From a bacterium (GTDB taxonomy: Bacteria > Zhuqueibacterota > Zhuqueibacteria > Residuimicrobiales > Krinioviventaceae): a stretch of 64,000 bases of DNA. This document shows positions 40,209 to 49,957 of the stretch, piece after piece. How positions within the stretch are numbered: the first letter of the stretch is position 1; each line of letters opens with the position of its first letter. The stretch is from positions 192,001 to 256,000 of the forward strand of contig CAXXFV010000023.1 in NCBI GenBank assembly GCA_963674595.2, written 5' to 3'. The notes beneath the pieces were generated by a model. It did no database searches. It was not told the DNA's origin and was given only the letters and a program-made list of their open reading frames with translations. A program made the position numbers and the translations under genes.

Positions 40209-40271
40209 TTATTCACCTCCTTTTAATGATTGCTGCCGAGGTGAAACCGGAATAAAAATGTAATGAATCAT
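40209..40271 (-). CDS. Putative 20-aa leader peptide MIHYIFIPVSPRQQSLKGGE
   Basis: ATG just downstream of AGGAGGT; stop TAA 2 nt before the downstream ATG and overlapping that gene's RBS region. Confidence 0.5.
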   Translation of the reverse strand: MIHYIFIPVSPRQQSLKGGE

Positions 40272-40759
40272 AATTACCTCCTGCTTTTACCGGAGGTGCC
40301 CCGTGAATTCACTATCCCCACATATAGTCCATTTCATGCCATTTTTCCATCATGGGCGAATTCCCTCAAAGACACCATAGTTAACTGTTAATGTCTAATA
40401 AAATAACTGTTTGCTATAATATTTTCAGATTTTATCTGTCAGACCAACTCATCTAAATATGAAATATTAACAGTGCCGACTGGACCCACAAGCTATTTTA
40501 ATATAAATTCAAACCGTGTTGTAATTTCCCATGTTAAAATATAATGCAACATAGCTAATAATGCAACTGTTTTTTGTGAATTTAGCGAAAATTGTATGCT
40601 TTAGTTGTTTTGGCATTCATGCTGTTATCGTCAATAGCCAGATTACCGTTATGGACAGTGAAATAATACAGGAAAAATTTTATATAGGTAGAGGTGTTTA
40701 ATTCAATCCGTATCTTTGTCTTTAATTCACTCGGCTAAAAGTTTTCAGAATATAATTTT

Positions 40760-42205
40760 TTATATTAAATATTTTGCACCGATTGTATCATTGTTTTTTT
40801 CTATCCAAGCCTTTAAAAGCTGTCGGTGTTTTATCAGAATGTCTTTATAGTTTTCATCACCTGCCAGATTTTTCATCTCTCCCGGGTCATTTTTAAAATC
40901 TACAAGCTGTTCACGATTTTTGCCCGAATCATAGATGCAGTATTTATATCGCTCCGTTCGGACCATTCTACCGTTTTGGCTTTCAACAACAACATGGTCC
41001 CGCCATTCAGGTGTATTTTTACCTTCTGCTATCTGCCTAACACTAAGCCCGGACAGGTTTTCCGGCATTTTTATACCGGCATAATCACAACAGGTCGGCA
41101 GCAAGTCAAGGCCGTTTGATATTAAATGTGTATTGTTGACAACACCTTCCGGTATAACGCCTTTGTAGCTCATCATAAATGGTATACGTGTCGCTTCCTC
41201 ATAGAGTACGGATTTATGTTCCATTTTATGGGCCGAATCCATATCACCGTGATCACTGGTGAATATAACCAGTGTATCCTTTTCAAGTCCGGCATGTTTC
41301 AGTGCGTTTAATAGTATCCCTATCTTTTCGTCCACAATTTCAGTTAAACGGCAATATGCCCAGCGATGCAAACGCCATTGCTGTTCCGACCAGTTTTTTC
41401 GAATGAACGCCCTGAAAGGCCTTGCTTCCGTATAGTTGCGCGTAATACATTCCGGTTCGTTTTCCGGTATTTCGTGGTTACTGCCAAGCTCCGGACAATT
41501 ATCATTCACAAAGGTATTTAAATCTTTACTCTGGCGCGCCTGATCAAGGATCATCTCGCAGGTTTTGGAATCTGTGTTCTGATACGGATTTTTACCCTGT
41601 GTTCGCAGAAAGTCATTAATTGCCATATAACAAATATCATGTGGATTTATAAAAGAAGCGAATAAAAAGAACGGTTTGTCATGCTTTTGTTTAATAAAGG
41701 CCGCGCATGTATCAGCAAGCGTCTGACGTGGACCACTTGTTAAATTTTGATAGCCGAGATCGCTCAACTCTTTCATCCCTTCCGGCAGGTGGACTTTGCC
41801 CCCGTAAGCGACATTATAGCCGGCATTATTCAAAAGGTTTCCAAGTGATTGCCGGATCATTTCATCGGTGACATGAGCATTGGGAGAATCTTCATTTCGG
41901 CCCATCCCGATTGCACTCGGCATCAGTCCGGTTTGCAGACTGAATCTACTGGGAACACAGACCGGATTACAGGCATAAGCCCTGTTAAATCGTATACCGG
42001 ATGCGGCCAGTTGGTCCAAAGCAGGTGTTTTAAGCCATTTATTACCGGCACAGCTCAACATGTGTGCGGATTGCTGATCGGTCATAATGTATAGAATATT
42101 GGGCTTTTTGTTTTTTGGGGGATTATTATTCGTACAGGCTATGCCGCCTAATGTCATATACTCTGCTGCAGCAACTGTGTTTTTTATAAAATCTCGTCTG
42201 TTCAT
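40760..42205 (-). CDS. Sulfatase (S1 family, Cys-type), Tat-exported
   Basis: MNRRDFIK twin-Arg; PNILYIMTDQ; CVPSR; SDHGD. Confidence 0.92.
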   Translation of the reverse strand: MNRRDFIKNTVAAAEYMTLGGIACTNNNPPKNKKPNILYIMTDQQSAHMLSCAGNKWLKTPALDQLAASGIRFNRAYACNPVCVPSRFSLQTGLMPSAIGMGRNEDSPNAHVTDEMIRQSLGNLLNNAGYNVAYGGKVHLPEGMKELSDLGYQNLTSGPRQTLADTCAAFIKQKHDKPFFLFASFINPHDICYMAINDFLRTQGKNPYQNTDSKTCEMILDQARQSKDLNTFVNDNCPELGSNHEIPENEPECITRNYTEARPFRAFIRKNWSEQQWRLHRWAYCRLTEIVDEKIGILLNALKHAGLEKDTLVIFTSDHGDMDSAHKMEHKSVLYEEATRIPFMMSYKGVIPEGVVNNTHLISNGLDLLPTCCDYAGIKMPENLSGLSVRQIAEGKNTPEWRDHVVVESQNGRMVRTERYKYCIYDSGKNREQLVDFKNDPGEMKNLAGDENYKDILIKHRQLLKAWIEKNNDTIGAKYLI

Positions 42206-42247
42206 GGTTTTGTTTTTGCTCCGATTAATTGGATAAAATGTAAATGT

Positions 42248-43348
42248 TTATAGCGTGTTTTTTCGTTTTAAGGCTATAAACACGCCGGATACGAGAGTTA
42301 GAAAAAAAAGTATTACAATTATCATCATCATGTTGCGATATAATGTGGATTCTTTAATAGACTCTTCTATGTCTTTGACGGATGTAATCAGTTCCGTGTT
42401 TTGGGATTGATATGTGGAATCCTTTTTAATGCCGGACAAGGACTGATACAAGTTCGGACTGGAAATTTTTTTTATAGCCGACCAGTTTTGGTTGAACAAC
42501 AAATCCAGTCCCGTATTATATTCTTTTATTTCACATGTACAGGGTCCTGCCAGGATGGAATGCGCTTCATTTATGTTCCGTTTTGTGATGCCGTCGCCAA
42601 CTAATGTATACAACAAACGACCTTGACCGAAAATTATAAATACCATGGGATAGTCGGTAAAGTCTATCAAATCGTTTTCGCTGTATAATAACATGGCTTC
42701 AAGTAATGATTCGTTGGCTTGTTTTTGGTCCAATAAAATGAGAGAATAATCTGTTTTTAGCGTGTCAGTTTTAGTACGTTGAGTCGGATTTTCATTGATT
42801 GAATTGTTTAAATATCCCAGTTCTTTTTCCAATATTTGTTGGGCCTTGTTATCTTTTTCAAAATTTCCACTTTTGAGCATCAGCCATACTGCTGTTTTCC
42901 CGTAGGACAATTCATTGGAAATTTTTGTGCAAAGAGGAGAAGAAACAATTTCCTTTACATGAGACTCGTTGAATGGTTTTTGCCAGATACTCGCTGTCGA
43001 TTGATGTGTGCCGGGATAACAAACCGTAATAACAGGTAATGTTGATTTGTCGATCGATTCTGCTAATACATTATCCTTCAAAGAGATTTTATCAAAATTC
43101 ACAGTCGTTAGTGAATAATTTGCATAGCCTCCGTATTGGACTGAATTTTTGTTCAGAGTATCAACAAGCTGTTTTTCTGTTTCTGTCAGTTGTCCCTGGT
43201 AAAAAACATAAACATGATATAAATCAGGCTGCCAGTTTTCAAGAGCATATCGATACACCGGGGTGTCACAAGCGTGTGTCTGATTGAACAAAAAAGACAG
43301 AGCAATGATTAAGTAAAGTGGGAAATTTTTCAAATTACTTGTTTTCAT
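42248..43348 (-). CDS. Exported Cys-motif hypothetical protein with C-terminal TM anchor
   Basis: Signal peptide then CDTPVYRYALENW; FGQGR; GPCTCEIK..NTGLDLL; C-terminal TM + KRK. Confidence 0.7.
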   Translation of the reverse strand: MKTSNLKNFPLYLIIALSFLFNQTHACDTPVYRYALENWQPDLYHVYVFYQGQLTETEKQLVDTLNKNSVQYGGYANYSLTTVNFDKISLKDNVLAESIDKSTLPVITVCYPGTHQSTASIWQKPFNESHVKEIVSSPLCTKISNELSYGKTAVWLMLKSGNFEKDNKAQQILEKELGYLNNSINENPTQRTKTDTLKTDYSLILLDQKQANESLLEAMLLYSENDLIDFTDYPMVFIIFGQGRLLYTLVGDGITKRNINEAHSILAGPCTCEIKEYNTGLDLLFNQNWSAIKKISSPNLYQSLSGIKKDSTYQSQNTELITSVKDIEESIKESTLYRNMMMIIVILFFLTLVSGVFIALKRKNTL

Positions 43349-43354
43349 TCGGTT

Positions 43355-46300
43355 TTATATTCCGGTTGTTGTTTTACCGGCTGGCTTTAAAGCAATTGTT
43401 GCTTTTATCAAATAACTGCAGTTGCAGCGATCCGTTGCATCGGGCATTAACACAATACCGCCGACAGGAAGCATATTTATCCAGCAGCCGGGTCGAATGC
43501 CTCCGACGTTTTGCGTTCCTTTATCCGGTTCCTGCCAGTCCAAATATCCGATTGTACTCGAACGGTATAGCAACATGTTTTTACATCCGCTTATAATGCC
43601 GCAAGCGTATGATCTTTTAAATTTTGTATCAAGGCGTTTCCCTGTTTTTATAAGATAAGTATAGGGTTCCAAAAAGATCGTGGAATCATTTAAAATAGGC
43701 CGTGAGCTGAAAGGATAATTCAATCCGGCCTCGAGCTTAGAGTCGGCTTGCCACAGCTTTTTCCCGGAGGAAGCTTGAAATGCGGTCATAGGGCCGCGTT
43801 TTTCCGAAGGGGATTGAAAGCGGGTAAATTGGTATCCCATAATGAGAATATCATGCTGAGTTGAGAGTGCCAGCAATGTACCATAAATGTTGTCGGATTT
43901 TTCATAAATCAGTTTTCCTGTCTCCGCATCCACTGCGAGCAATGTTCCCATTGGATGGGATATTTGATCAGAATTCGTTGTTGTTTTAAGATGCGGGTTC
44001 CTGATTTTATCAATTTGAGCAATCGGACGGTCAATCAGGTAAACACGGTCGTTACCGATGGCAATAGCGTTATGACGAAAAGAGTGTTTGGCCGGAAGCA
44101 TCCATTTAAGTTTGCCGGTGTGAGCATCCATTGCAAAAAAGGCAATGGATTCGCTAAACAACTGGTTCATATCCGATTCACGATAACCCCATTTTTGGAT
44201 ATGGCTTTGGTTTATAATAGAACCAAATAATATACCGTTTTCAACAGCAATATAACCCCAGTACGCCTCTGTTTTTCCATCCGGTGCGTCCGGGACACGA
44301 AACCTGTCAACCAGTATTCCGGTTTCCGTATCCAGCACAAGACACTCCCTGCCTGTAATATTGGCGATAGACGGTCCGGGGCGAACATATAACCTGTTTC
44401 CTTCTAAACACCAGTTTCCCTGTGTAATGGCTGTTCCGGTTAAATGTTCCTGATCATAGGGTTTCATCAGGTTTTCAATATAATATTCCCAGAGAATCGT
44501 TCCATTATAAGCGTCTACCGCACGAATCGTATGAGTCCCCTGAATAAATAGCCGGCCGTCGCTGTATAGAGGCGCCACACCCCGACCGTGTCTTGAGGGC
44601 ATTTCCATTTGATCGTCGTAAAACCAAAGCATTTCCAACGGTCCTTTGACAATTTCGTCGGTCGAGGTTATCGTATTTGCCGCATCACAATATTGATGTG
44701 TCCAATCACCCGAGCCTGCCAATGCAGGACGCACCTTTATTTCCATTTCATCAAATTTTCCGAGACATGATATTCCTCCGGACGGACGCTGCAAACGTTC
44801 CAGTTCTTTCGAATTAATGTATTCTGTTCCGTTTGTCAACGCTTTTCCTGAGACAATCAAATTGGCAAAATAATCCGGATAATTGGTGTTTTCCAAATCA
44901 CAATGATGGACCATAGCCTGTGTTCCCAGCAATCCGGTTTCATCTAAAAGTTTTCGTGTTTTTTCCACATTTTTGAGATCAGAATCTATGGCATAAATAA
45001 ACATATTGGTCCTTTTAGCCAGCTCATAGGTCAGCCGTCCGTCACCACAGCCAAAGTCCAGGCAATAACCTGACGATATATTTGTTTTTTCTATTATATC
45101 CTGGGCCGCCTGAGCATAACGATCGTTGTCTCTAAAGGGTGCACTTGATTTGGTAAGCACATTTACGGTTTTATTTTTATCCGAATCAAAGCAATATATG
45201 GAACCTTTGTCTGTGCTCACATACAAACGGTTATGGGCCACAGCCAAACCGTAGGGGATGCCGTCAACTTTATCCGACCATACCGCTTGTTTGGTCTCCG
45301 CATCCCAAATGCTGATTCTGTTATTGACAGAACCACCGATAATTTTATTACCTGCCGCAATAAGGGTAACAAATTCCGGCTGATGCGTGTCCACAGACCA
45401 TACCGGAGAAGACAATACTTTTTCTTCCGTTTGCTCACCTTTTCGATCTGTAAATAACTCTGTTTTAAACATGTCGTTCCGGCTAACAGCCTTTAGGCTA
45501 TGGTCGATTGAATCGACATAATAGAGATAATCAGGAGTTATGGCAATGGCTTGCGAATTTATTTCATTTTGAGAGTAAAGCAGGCCGGACATTGTATTAA
45601 ATATGGCCTGACGGTTGCCGATTATTTCCTGAAAGTCCCTTGTATTTCCGCTTGTAACAAAAAGCAGCGAATCACTGGCAAAAACGCGGGAACCTCCGTA
45701 TTTTCTGTATTTTTGCAAATGAAAATATTCTAAAGAACCGTCATCCAGATTGAGTGCCGCAGGGACCGCTCTTCCGGTCGGTATAAATAAATGATCTTTA
45801 TTTGCCGTGAGATAGCCCTGAGCAGAAATACCGCTTTTGGCACGGGCCGTACTGTGGGGCTGGTCCCATTCCAGACCACCGGAATCTTTGTTTGTCCATA
45901 ATTCTTTTCCGGTCTTTGGGTCCAAAGCATAAATAAATATGCCTTCCGACGGCCAGATCCCGGCGGCAAAATATAATATATCGTTTTGAATGACAACACC
46001 ACCTCGGGCCGGCCACCGCGAGATCATACGGTTGTTTCCAAGAATCATCCGATCATCTTTACCACCCTGTTTTTTCCATATCAGGTGACCATTGTCGGCA
46101 GACAGGCAATACAGATAACCATCATCACTGATGACATATACGTTTCCTTTCCAAAGAGCAGGAGAAAATCGGACCGGGGCGTTTGTGTAAAACGACCATT
46201 GTTCTTTCCCGGTTCGGGCATCAAGCGCATAGACTTTACAGTCGGTGGAACCGGCAAAAAATAATTTCTCGCCTGATATGACGGGTTGGTAGGCAAAGTC

Positions 46301-46531
46301 GAAAGGCATTCGTGTATGCACACCTTGCCACGCTGGTGTGGGGGGCGGCTGTTTTAATACCCAGTTTAAAGAAAGGTCGTTATCCAGATGATTAGGAGAA
46401 TAAGCGCATCGTCCCGCATCATAACGATATTGCGGCCAGTCGCCATTTTTTTCATTATGTTGTCCGCATTGCAGGAAATATCCGGAAACAGTTATTATGG
46501 TCCAGTAAATTATTTTTTTAAATGTTATCAT
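43355..46531 (-). CDS. PQQ/BamB-like beta-propeller protein with internal class I SAM-methyltransferase domain
   Basis: DWPQYRYD, ALDARTGKEQW repeats; GYCLDFGCGDG motif I; second propeller starting DWTHQY; C-terminal RPGCWINM...RCNCSY. Confidence 0.85.
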   Translation of the reverse strand: MITFKKIIYWTIITVSGYFLQCGQHNEKNGDWPQYRYDAGRCAYSPNHLDNDLSLNWVLKQPPPTPAWQGVHTRMPFDFAYQPVISGEKLFFAGSTDCKVYALDARTGKEQWSFYTNAPVRFSPALWKGNVYVISDDGYLYCLSADNGHLIWKKQGGKDDRMILGNNRMISRWPARGGVVIQNDILYFAAGIWPSEGIFIYALDPKTGKELWTNKDSGGLEWDQPHSTARAKSGISAQGYLTANKDHLFIPTGRAVPAALNLDDGSLEYFHLQKYRKYGGSRVFASDSLLFVTSGNTRDFQEIIGNRQAIFNTMSGLLYSQNEINSQAIAITPDYLYYVDSIDHSLKAVSRNDMFKTELFTDRKGEQTEEKVLSSPVWSVDTHQPEFVTLIAAGNKIIGGSVNNRISIWDAETKQAVWSDKVDGIPYGLAVAHNRLYVSTDKGSIYCFDSDKNKTVNVLTKSSAPFRDNDRYAQAAQDIIEKTNISSGYCLDFGCGDGRLTYELAKRTNMFIYAIDSDLKNVEKTRKLLDETGLLGTQAMVHHCDLENTNYPDYFANLIVSGKALTNGTEYINSKELERLQRPSGGISCLGKFDEMEIKVRPALAGSGDWTHQYCDAANTITSTDEIVKGPLEMLWFYDDQMEMPSRHGRGVAPLYSDGRLFIQGTHTIRAVDAYNGTILWEYYIENLMKPYDQEHLTGTAITQGNWCLEGNRLYVRPGPSIANITGRECLVLDTETGILVDRFRVPDAPDGKTEAYWGYIAVENGILFGSIINQSHIQKWGYRESDMNQLFSESIAFFAMDAHTGKLKWMLPAKHSFRHNAIAIGNDRVYLIDRPIAQIDKIRNPHLKTTTNSDQISHPMGTLLAVDAETGKLIYEKSDNIYGTLLALSTQHDILIMGYQFTRFQSPSEKRGPMTAFQASSGKKLWQADSKLEAGLNYPFSSRPILNDSTIFLEPYTYLIKTGKRLDTKFKRSYACGIISGCKNMLLYRSSTIGYLDWQEPDKGTQNVGGIRPGCWINMLPVGGIVLMPDATDRCNCSYLIKATIALKPAGKTTTGI

Positions 46532-46654
46532 AATCTGACCTTGTTCTTAATAACGCTTTTTATGTTTGCCTGTCACTCTATGATAATATAAATAATCCCA
46601 ATAACAAAACCATTTTTGAAATTATAATTATTGAAAATTTTTAATTTTTGTATT

Positions 46655-48322
46655 TTAATCCAATTTCAATATCGGTAATCTCACGCAAGATGGATAATCT
46701 TTTCCAATATACAAACGTTGATTACTGATTCTGCCCTCTTTTGCGGAAAATAGGGGTTCGCCGGTATTTAAATTCCGGTTAAAACGGGGGAACCAGGAAG
46801 AGGTGATCACAACCCGAAGCTTGTGGTCTTTGTTAATTTGATAACCGGTAGCCCAGACAGAAACATCAATTTTTTGTACACGTGGAGAACAAGCCGCATC
46901 ATTGAACAGTCTGGTTCCGCCTTCCTGAATGTTGAGAATATTTCCGTCCGGATATACATCCTGCAGACAGACGATACAATCTGTACTTGGTGCGTCTGTA
47001 CTGATATATAAAGTAGAACTGATGGGTCCTAAAAGAACCATATTGCTGTCCAATGATGATGTTTCAAAAGCAATTTGATCGGTTCTGGACAGATTGTCAT
47101 TCTGCCAACTCGTTCCCACGTCACCTCCGATTATCGTACCGCCGAGTGAAGGATAGGGATCAAGGGGATTATACTGCCATTCTATATTGCCGGTCAAACT
47201 ATCGGGTAATAGTTCCAAACTTTTTTCATCAAAATAAAAGTTGGTAAACCTGGCATTTCGAGGCGGCCATTCGTCCGCAGCATACCATTCATTTCGCTGC
47301 ATAATAAAAAGTAAATAGGGTTTGTCTTTAAAAGGGGCCTGAATGACTTGTACTGTATCGTCTTTCATGTGTTTATCAATAAATCGATGCAGAATCGGAT
47401 TTATGTTTTTACCCAAATCACCTTGTTCTCCGAAATCTATTTTTGTGGCTGGTTTTCCGTGCATCCACGGACCTATTATCAGGTAGCTGTCCTGATGGCG
47501 GTTGATGCCTAATTCCTGAAAATCTTTAATCTGTGTTTCTAAAAAAATATCATACCATCCGGCAACAGAAAAGACAGGAATATGAACCGGTGTTCGATGA
47601 TTCATGGCTCCCCAATAGGCATCCGGATATGGGTGGGCTAGCCAGTCATCCACAAATTGATTGGATTTGGATGTCGAATCGTCTGCTGCTGACAGGGGCA
47701 AAATTGTGTAACTGGCCTCCATCTTTTCGCCGGGGATGGGATGAATTGTTTTAGAGTTTACAATTAAACCCCACCTGAATGCTAATCCCAGAGAAAACAA
47801 TCCACCCGGATACAGGGCATCGTACATGTTTGCAGTGGTAACGAGCGGCGTTATCACTGCAAACTGATCTGAAATAGCCCATTGCGTATAACCCACATAA
47901 CTCCCGCCCCAGCCACAGATTTTGCCGTTGTACCATGGCTGTTGTTTAATCCATTGAATCGTTGCCAGCCCGTCCCGGCGGTCGTTTTGAAATGCATAAA
48001 ACGTTCCATCAGATGCAAATTTTCCCCGTGTATCCTGACAGACAACGGCATATCCCTTGTTTGCAAACATTTCAGCATCTTTTTTTAAGCCGTCTTTGTT
48101 ATAGGGAGACCTTCCGAGGATGCAAGGATATTTCCCTTCTTCTTCCGGTAAATAAATGTCTGTTGCAAGTTTAATTGAATCTTCCACAACTACAAATGTG
48201 GTTGTTTTTACGAATGCATGGGTGACTGGCGCTGTTATTATCACTAAGGAAAACATGCAGAGAATACTAAATATGGTCTTTGCTTTTAACATTGTCCGCT
48301 CCTTTTGTTTTGTTTCAGTCAC
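46655..48322 (-). CDS. CocE/NonD-family serine hydrolase (start may be 48292)
   Basis: RSPY, QDTRG, WGGSYVG nucleophile elbow, GWYDIF, IGPWMH. Confidence 0.9.
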   Translation of the reverse strand: MTETKQKERTMLKAKTIFSILCMFSLVIITAPVTHAFVKTTTFVVVEDSIKLATDIYLPEEEGKYPCILGRSPYNKDGLKKDAEMFANKGYAVVCQDTRGKFASDGTFYAFQNDRRDGLATIQWIKQQPWYNGKICGWGGSYVGYTQWAISDQFAVITPLVTTANMYDALYPGGLFSLGLAFRWGLIVNSKTIHPIPGEKMEASYTILPLSAADDSTSKSNQFVDDWLAHPYPDAYWGAMNHRTPVHIPVFSVAGWYDIFLETQIKDFQELGINRHQDSYLIIGPWMHGKPATKIDFGEQGDLGKNINPILHRFIDKHMKDDTVQVIQAPFKDKPYLLFIMQRNEWYAADEWPPRNARFTNFYFDEKSLELLPDSLTGNIEWQYNPLDPYPSLGGTIIGGDVGTSWQNDNLSRTDQIAFETSSLDSNMVLLGPISSTLYISTDAPSTDCIVCLQDVYPDGNILNIQEGGTRLFNDAACSPRVQKIDVSVWATGYQINKDHKLRVVITSSWFPRFNRNLNTGEPLFSAKEGRISNQRLYIGKDYPSCVRLPILKLD

Positions 48323-48395
48323 TGTGATGTCTATTTATCTGGAAAAATCACGAGATGTTTTTTAATAGACTCGCAAATGTTTGATAAATAGAAAA

Positions 48396-49739
48396 CTATT
48401 TTACTAGTAAACATTTAACAACCTGTGTATAGTTTGCTGATTGAAATTTTATGAAATAGCTGCCGGATGGTAACGAATTCGCATTCCAAATAAATTTATG
48501 AACGCCGGGTTTTAATTCACCATGATGGATTGTTTTAACATTTTCACCTTTTGTATTATAAATGTTTATTAAAACATCTGATAATTCCGGGATGTTTACC
48601 TTGATTATGGTATTTTGATTAAATGGATTGGGATAATTTGGGTAAAGCATAAATGTGGTTGGATGTGTGGTGTCGTTGGAGGGTCCAACATGATCGGCCG
48701 TTGTTATATTTAGTAAAAATGAATCTGATATGTCGGCCCCATAATTATCGGTTGCTGTTATTTTTATTTCCAATGAATCAATCTGTGGAGGGACGCCGGA
48801 AAATGTAATATCCTCGTTATTAAAAGTAATCCAGTTTGGCAGCGGTTCTCCTGTTGTTAAACACGCTGAAAAAGATAACGTGTCGTCATCCAGAAATGTT
48901 AAATCATTTATCCTCTGGTTAAAAAACTCATTTTCGTAAACAAGCTGATCAGGGATCTTTTTAAAAACAATCGGTTGAAAATTCGTCATCGCCGCCAACT
49001 CTTTATTCCAGGCAGATGTATCAGCCAAAACAAAATCATTCATTGTTTGTTTTATCAAATCAGCATCGTCAGGCCCGATGTTTTGTGGTATATAAAGATT
49101 TGTAATATTTTTATTGAAAATTGTTGTATAAATTGTCATTGCTGAGATATATGATCCTAAAAAACTGGGATGATAATTGTCTCCTCCGTAAAATTCAGAA
49201 ATATCAATGGATTTCATCAACTCCTGCCACACCAGACCACAGGGTGCAATGTTTGAATTAATGAGATTACCGGCATTTAAATAATTGATTTTAACACGTA
49301 ATTGCATATTTTCATAATCGCCCCAATTGTATCCCTGGGTCATATATAGAACGACTTTTGTATTTGGATTATTGGTTTTAATTTGTTCATTCAAAATGTA
49401 GGCATAGGGTAAAAAAGCCGTTACTGCAATATCATAGGCCATGCTCCCCCAGTTTCCACTCTCTTGTAAAACCACATAATCCCATTTTTGGGATTGAATT
49501 AAAGAGTTTGTTGTATATCTGTATGTATGGTCTGCCAGCCTGGATCCTCCCACAGCGGATTGGACTGTATTGACTGTATCACCATTTAAATCAGCAATAT
49601 TTTTAAATATTATCGGCAGATCATTGGCATAGGTATGACTGTTTCCAACAAAAAGAATTTGCAGAGGTTCCGACTGTGAATGCAATTCAGAAAAAATTAC
49701 AAACAGAACAATGGTTACACGAAATAATACGTTAAACAT
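48396..49739 (-). CDS. Secreted SGNH-hydrolase-like protein with He_PIG/cadherin-like Ig and CTD
   Basis: ILFVGNSHT, WDYVVLQE, DNYHPS..GSY; LPNWITF...FSGVP; NYPNPFN CTD. Confidence 0.8.
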   Translation of the reverse strand: MFNVLFRVTIVLFVIFSELHSQSEPLQILFVGNSHTYANDLPIIFKNIADLNGDTVNTVQSAVGGSRLADHTYRYTTNSLIQSQKWDYVVLQESGNWGSMAYDIAVTAFLPYAYILNEQIKTNNPNTKVVLYMTQGYNWGDYENMQLRVKINYLNAGNLINSNIAPCGLVWQELMKSIDISEFYGGDNYHPSFLGSYISAMTIYTTIFNKNITNLYIPQNIGPDDADLIKQTMNDFVLADTSAWNKELAAMTNFQPIVFKKIPDQLVYENEFFNQRINDLTFLDDDTLSFSACLTTGEPLPNWITFNNEDITFSGVPPQIDSLEIKITATDNYGADISDSFLLNITTADHVGPSNDTTHPTTFMLYPNYPNPFNQNTIIKVNIPELSDVLINIYNTKGENVKTIHHGELKPGVHKFIWNANSLPSGSYFIKFQSANYTQVVKCLLVK

Positions 49740-49957
49740 GATTTATTGTTTTTCGTAATAATTCAATCAATTCAAGTTAGTAAAAACTGTTCTTTTGTTA
49801 TTTGCCATAACCGGAGTAGAGTGGACTGGCCTGTTGTTACAAGTGCGGTGATCGGTTTTTATAATAATCAATAAAATTGGCAGGACGTTAAGGCCGTTAT
49901 CGGGTTGAAAAACGGCCTTGGCGTCCATTCGCATTATATATTCTTCAAATAAAATTT

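Noticed and set aside
40325-40341. sigma54 promoter TGGCATGAAATGGAC on the minus strand
   Set aside because: The -12 position reads AC without the preceding TT, and it lies inside the predicted leader stem
49883-49926. Integron attC site
   Set aside because: No proper RYYYAAC/GTTRRRY ends, no cassette array and no integrase
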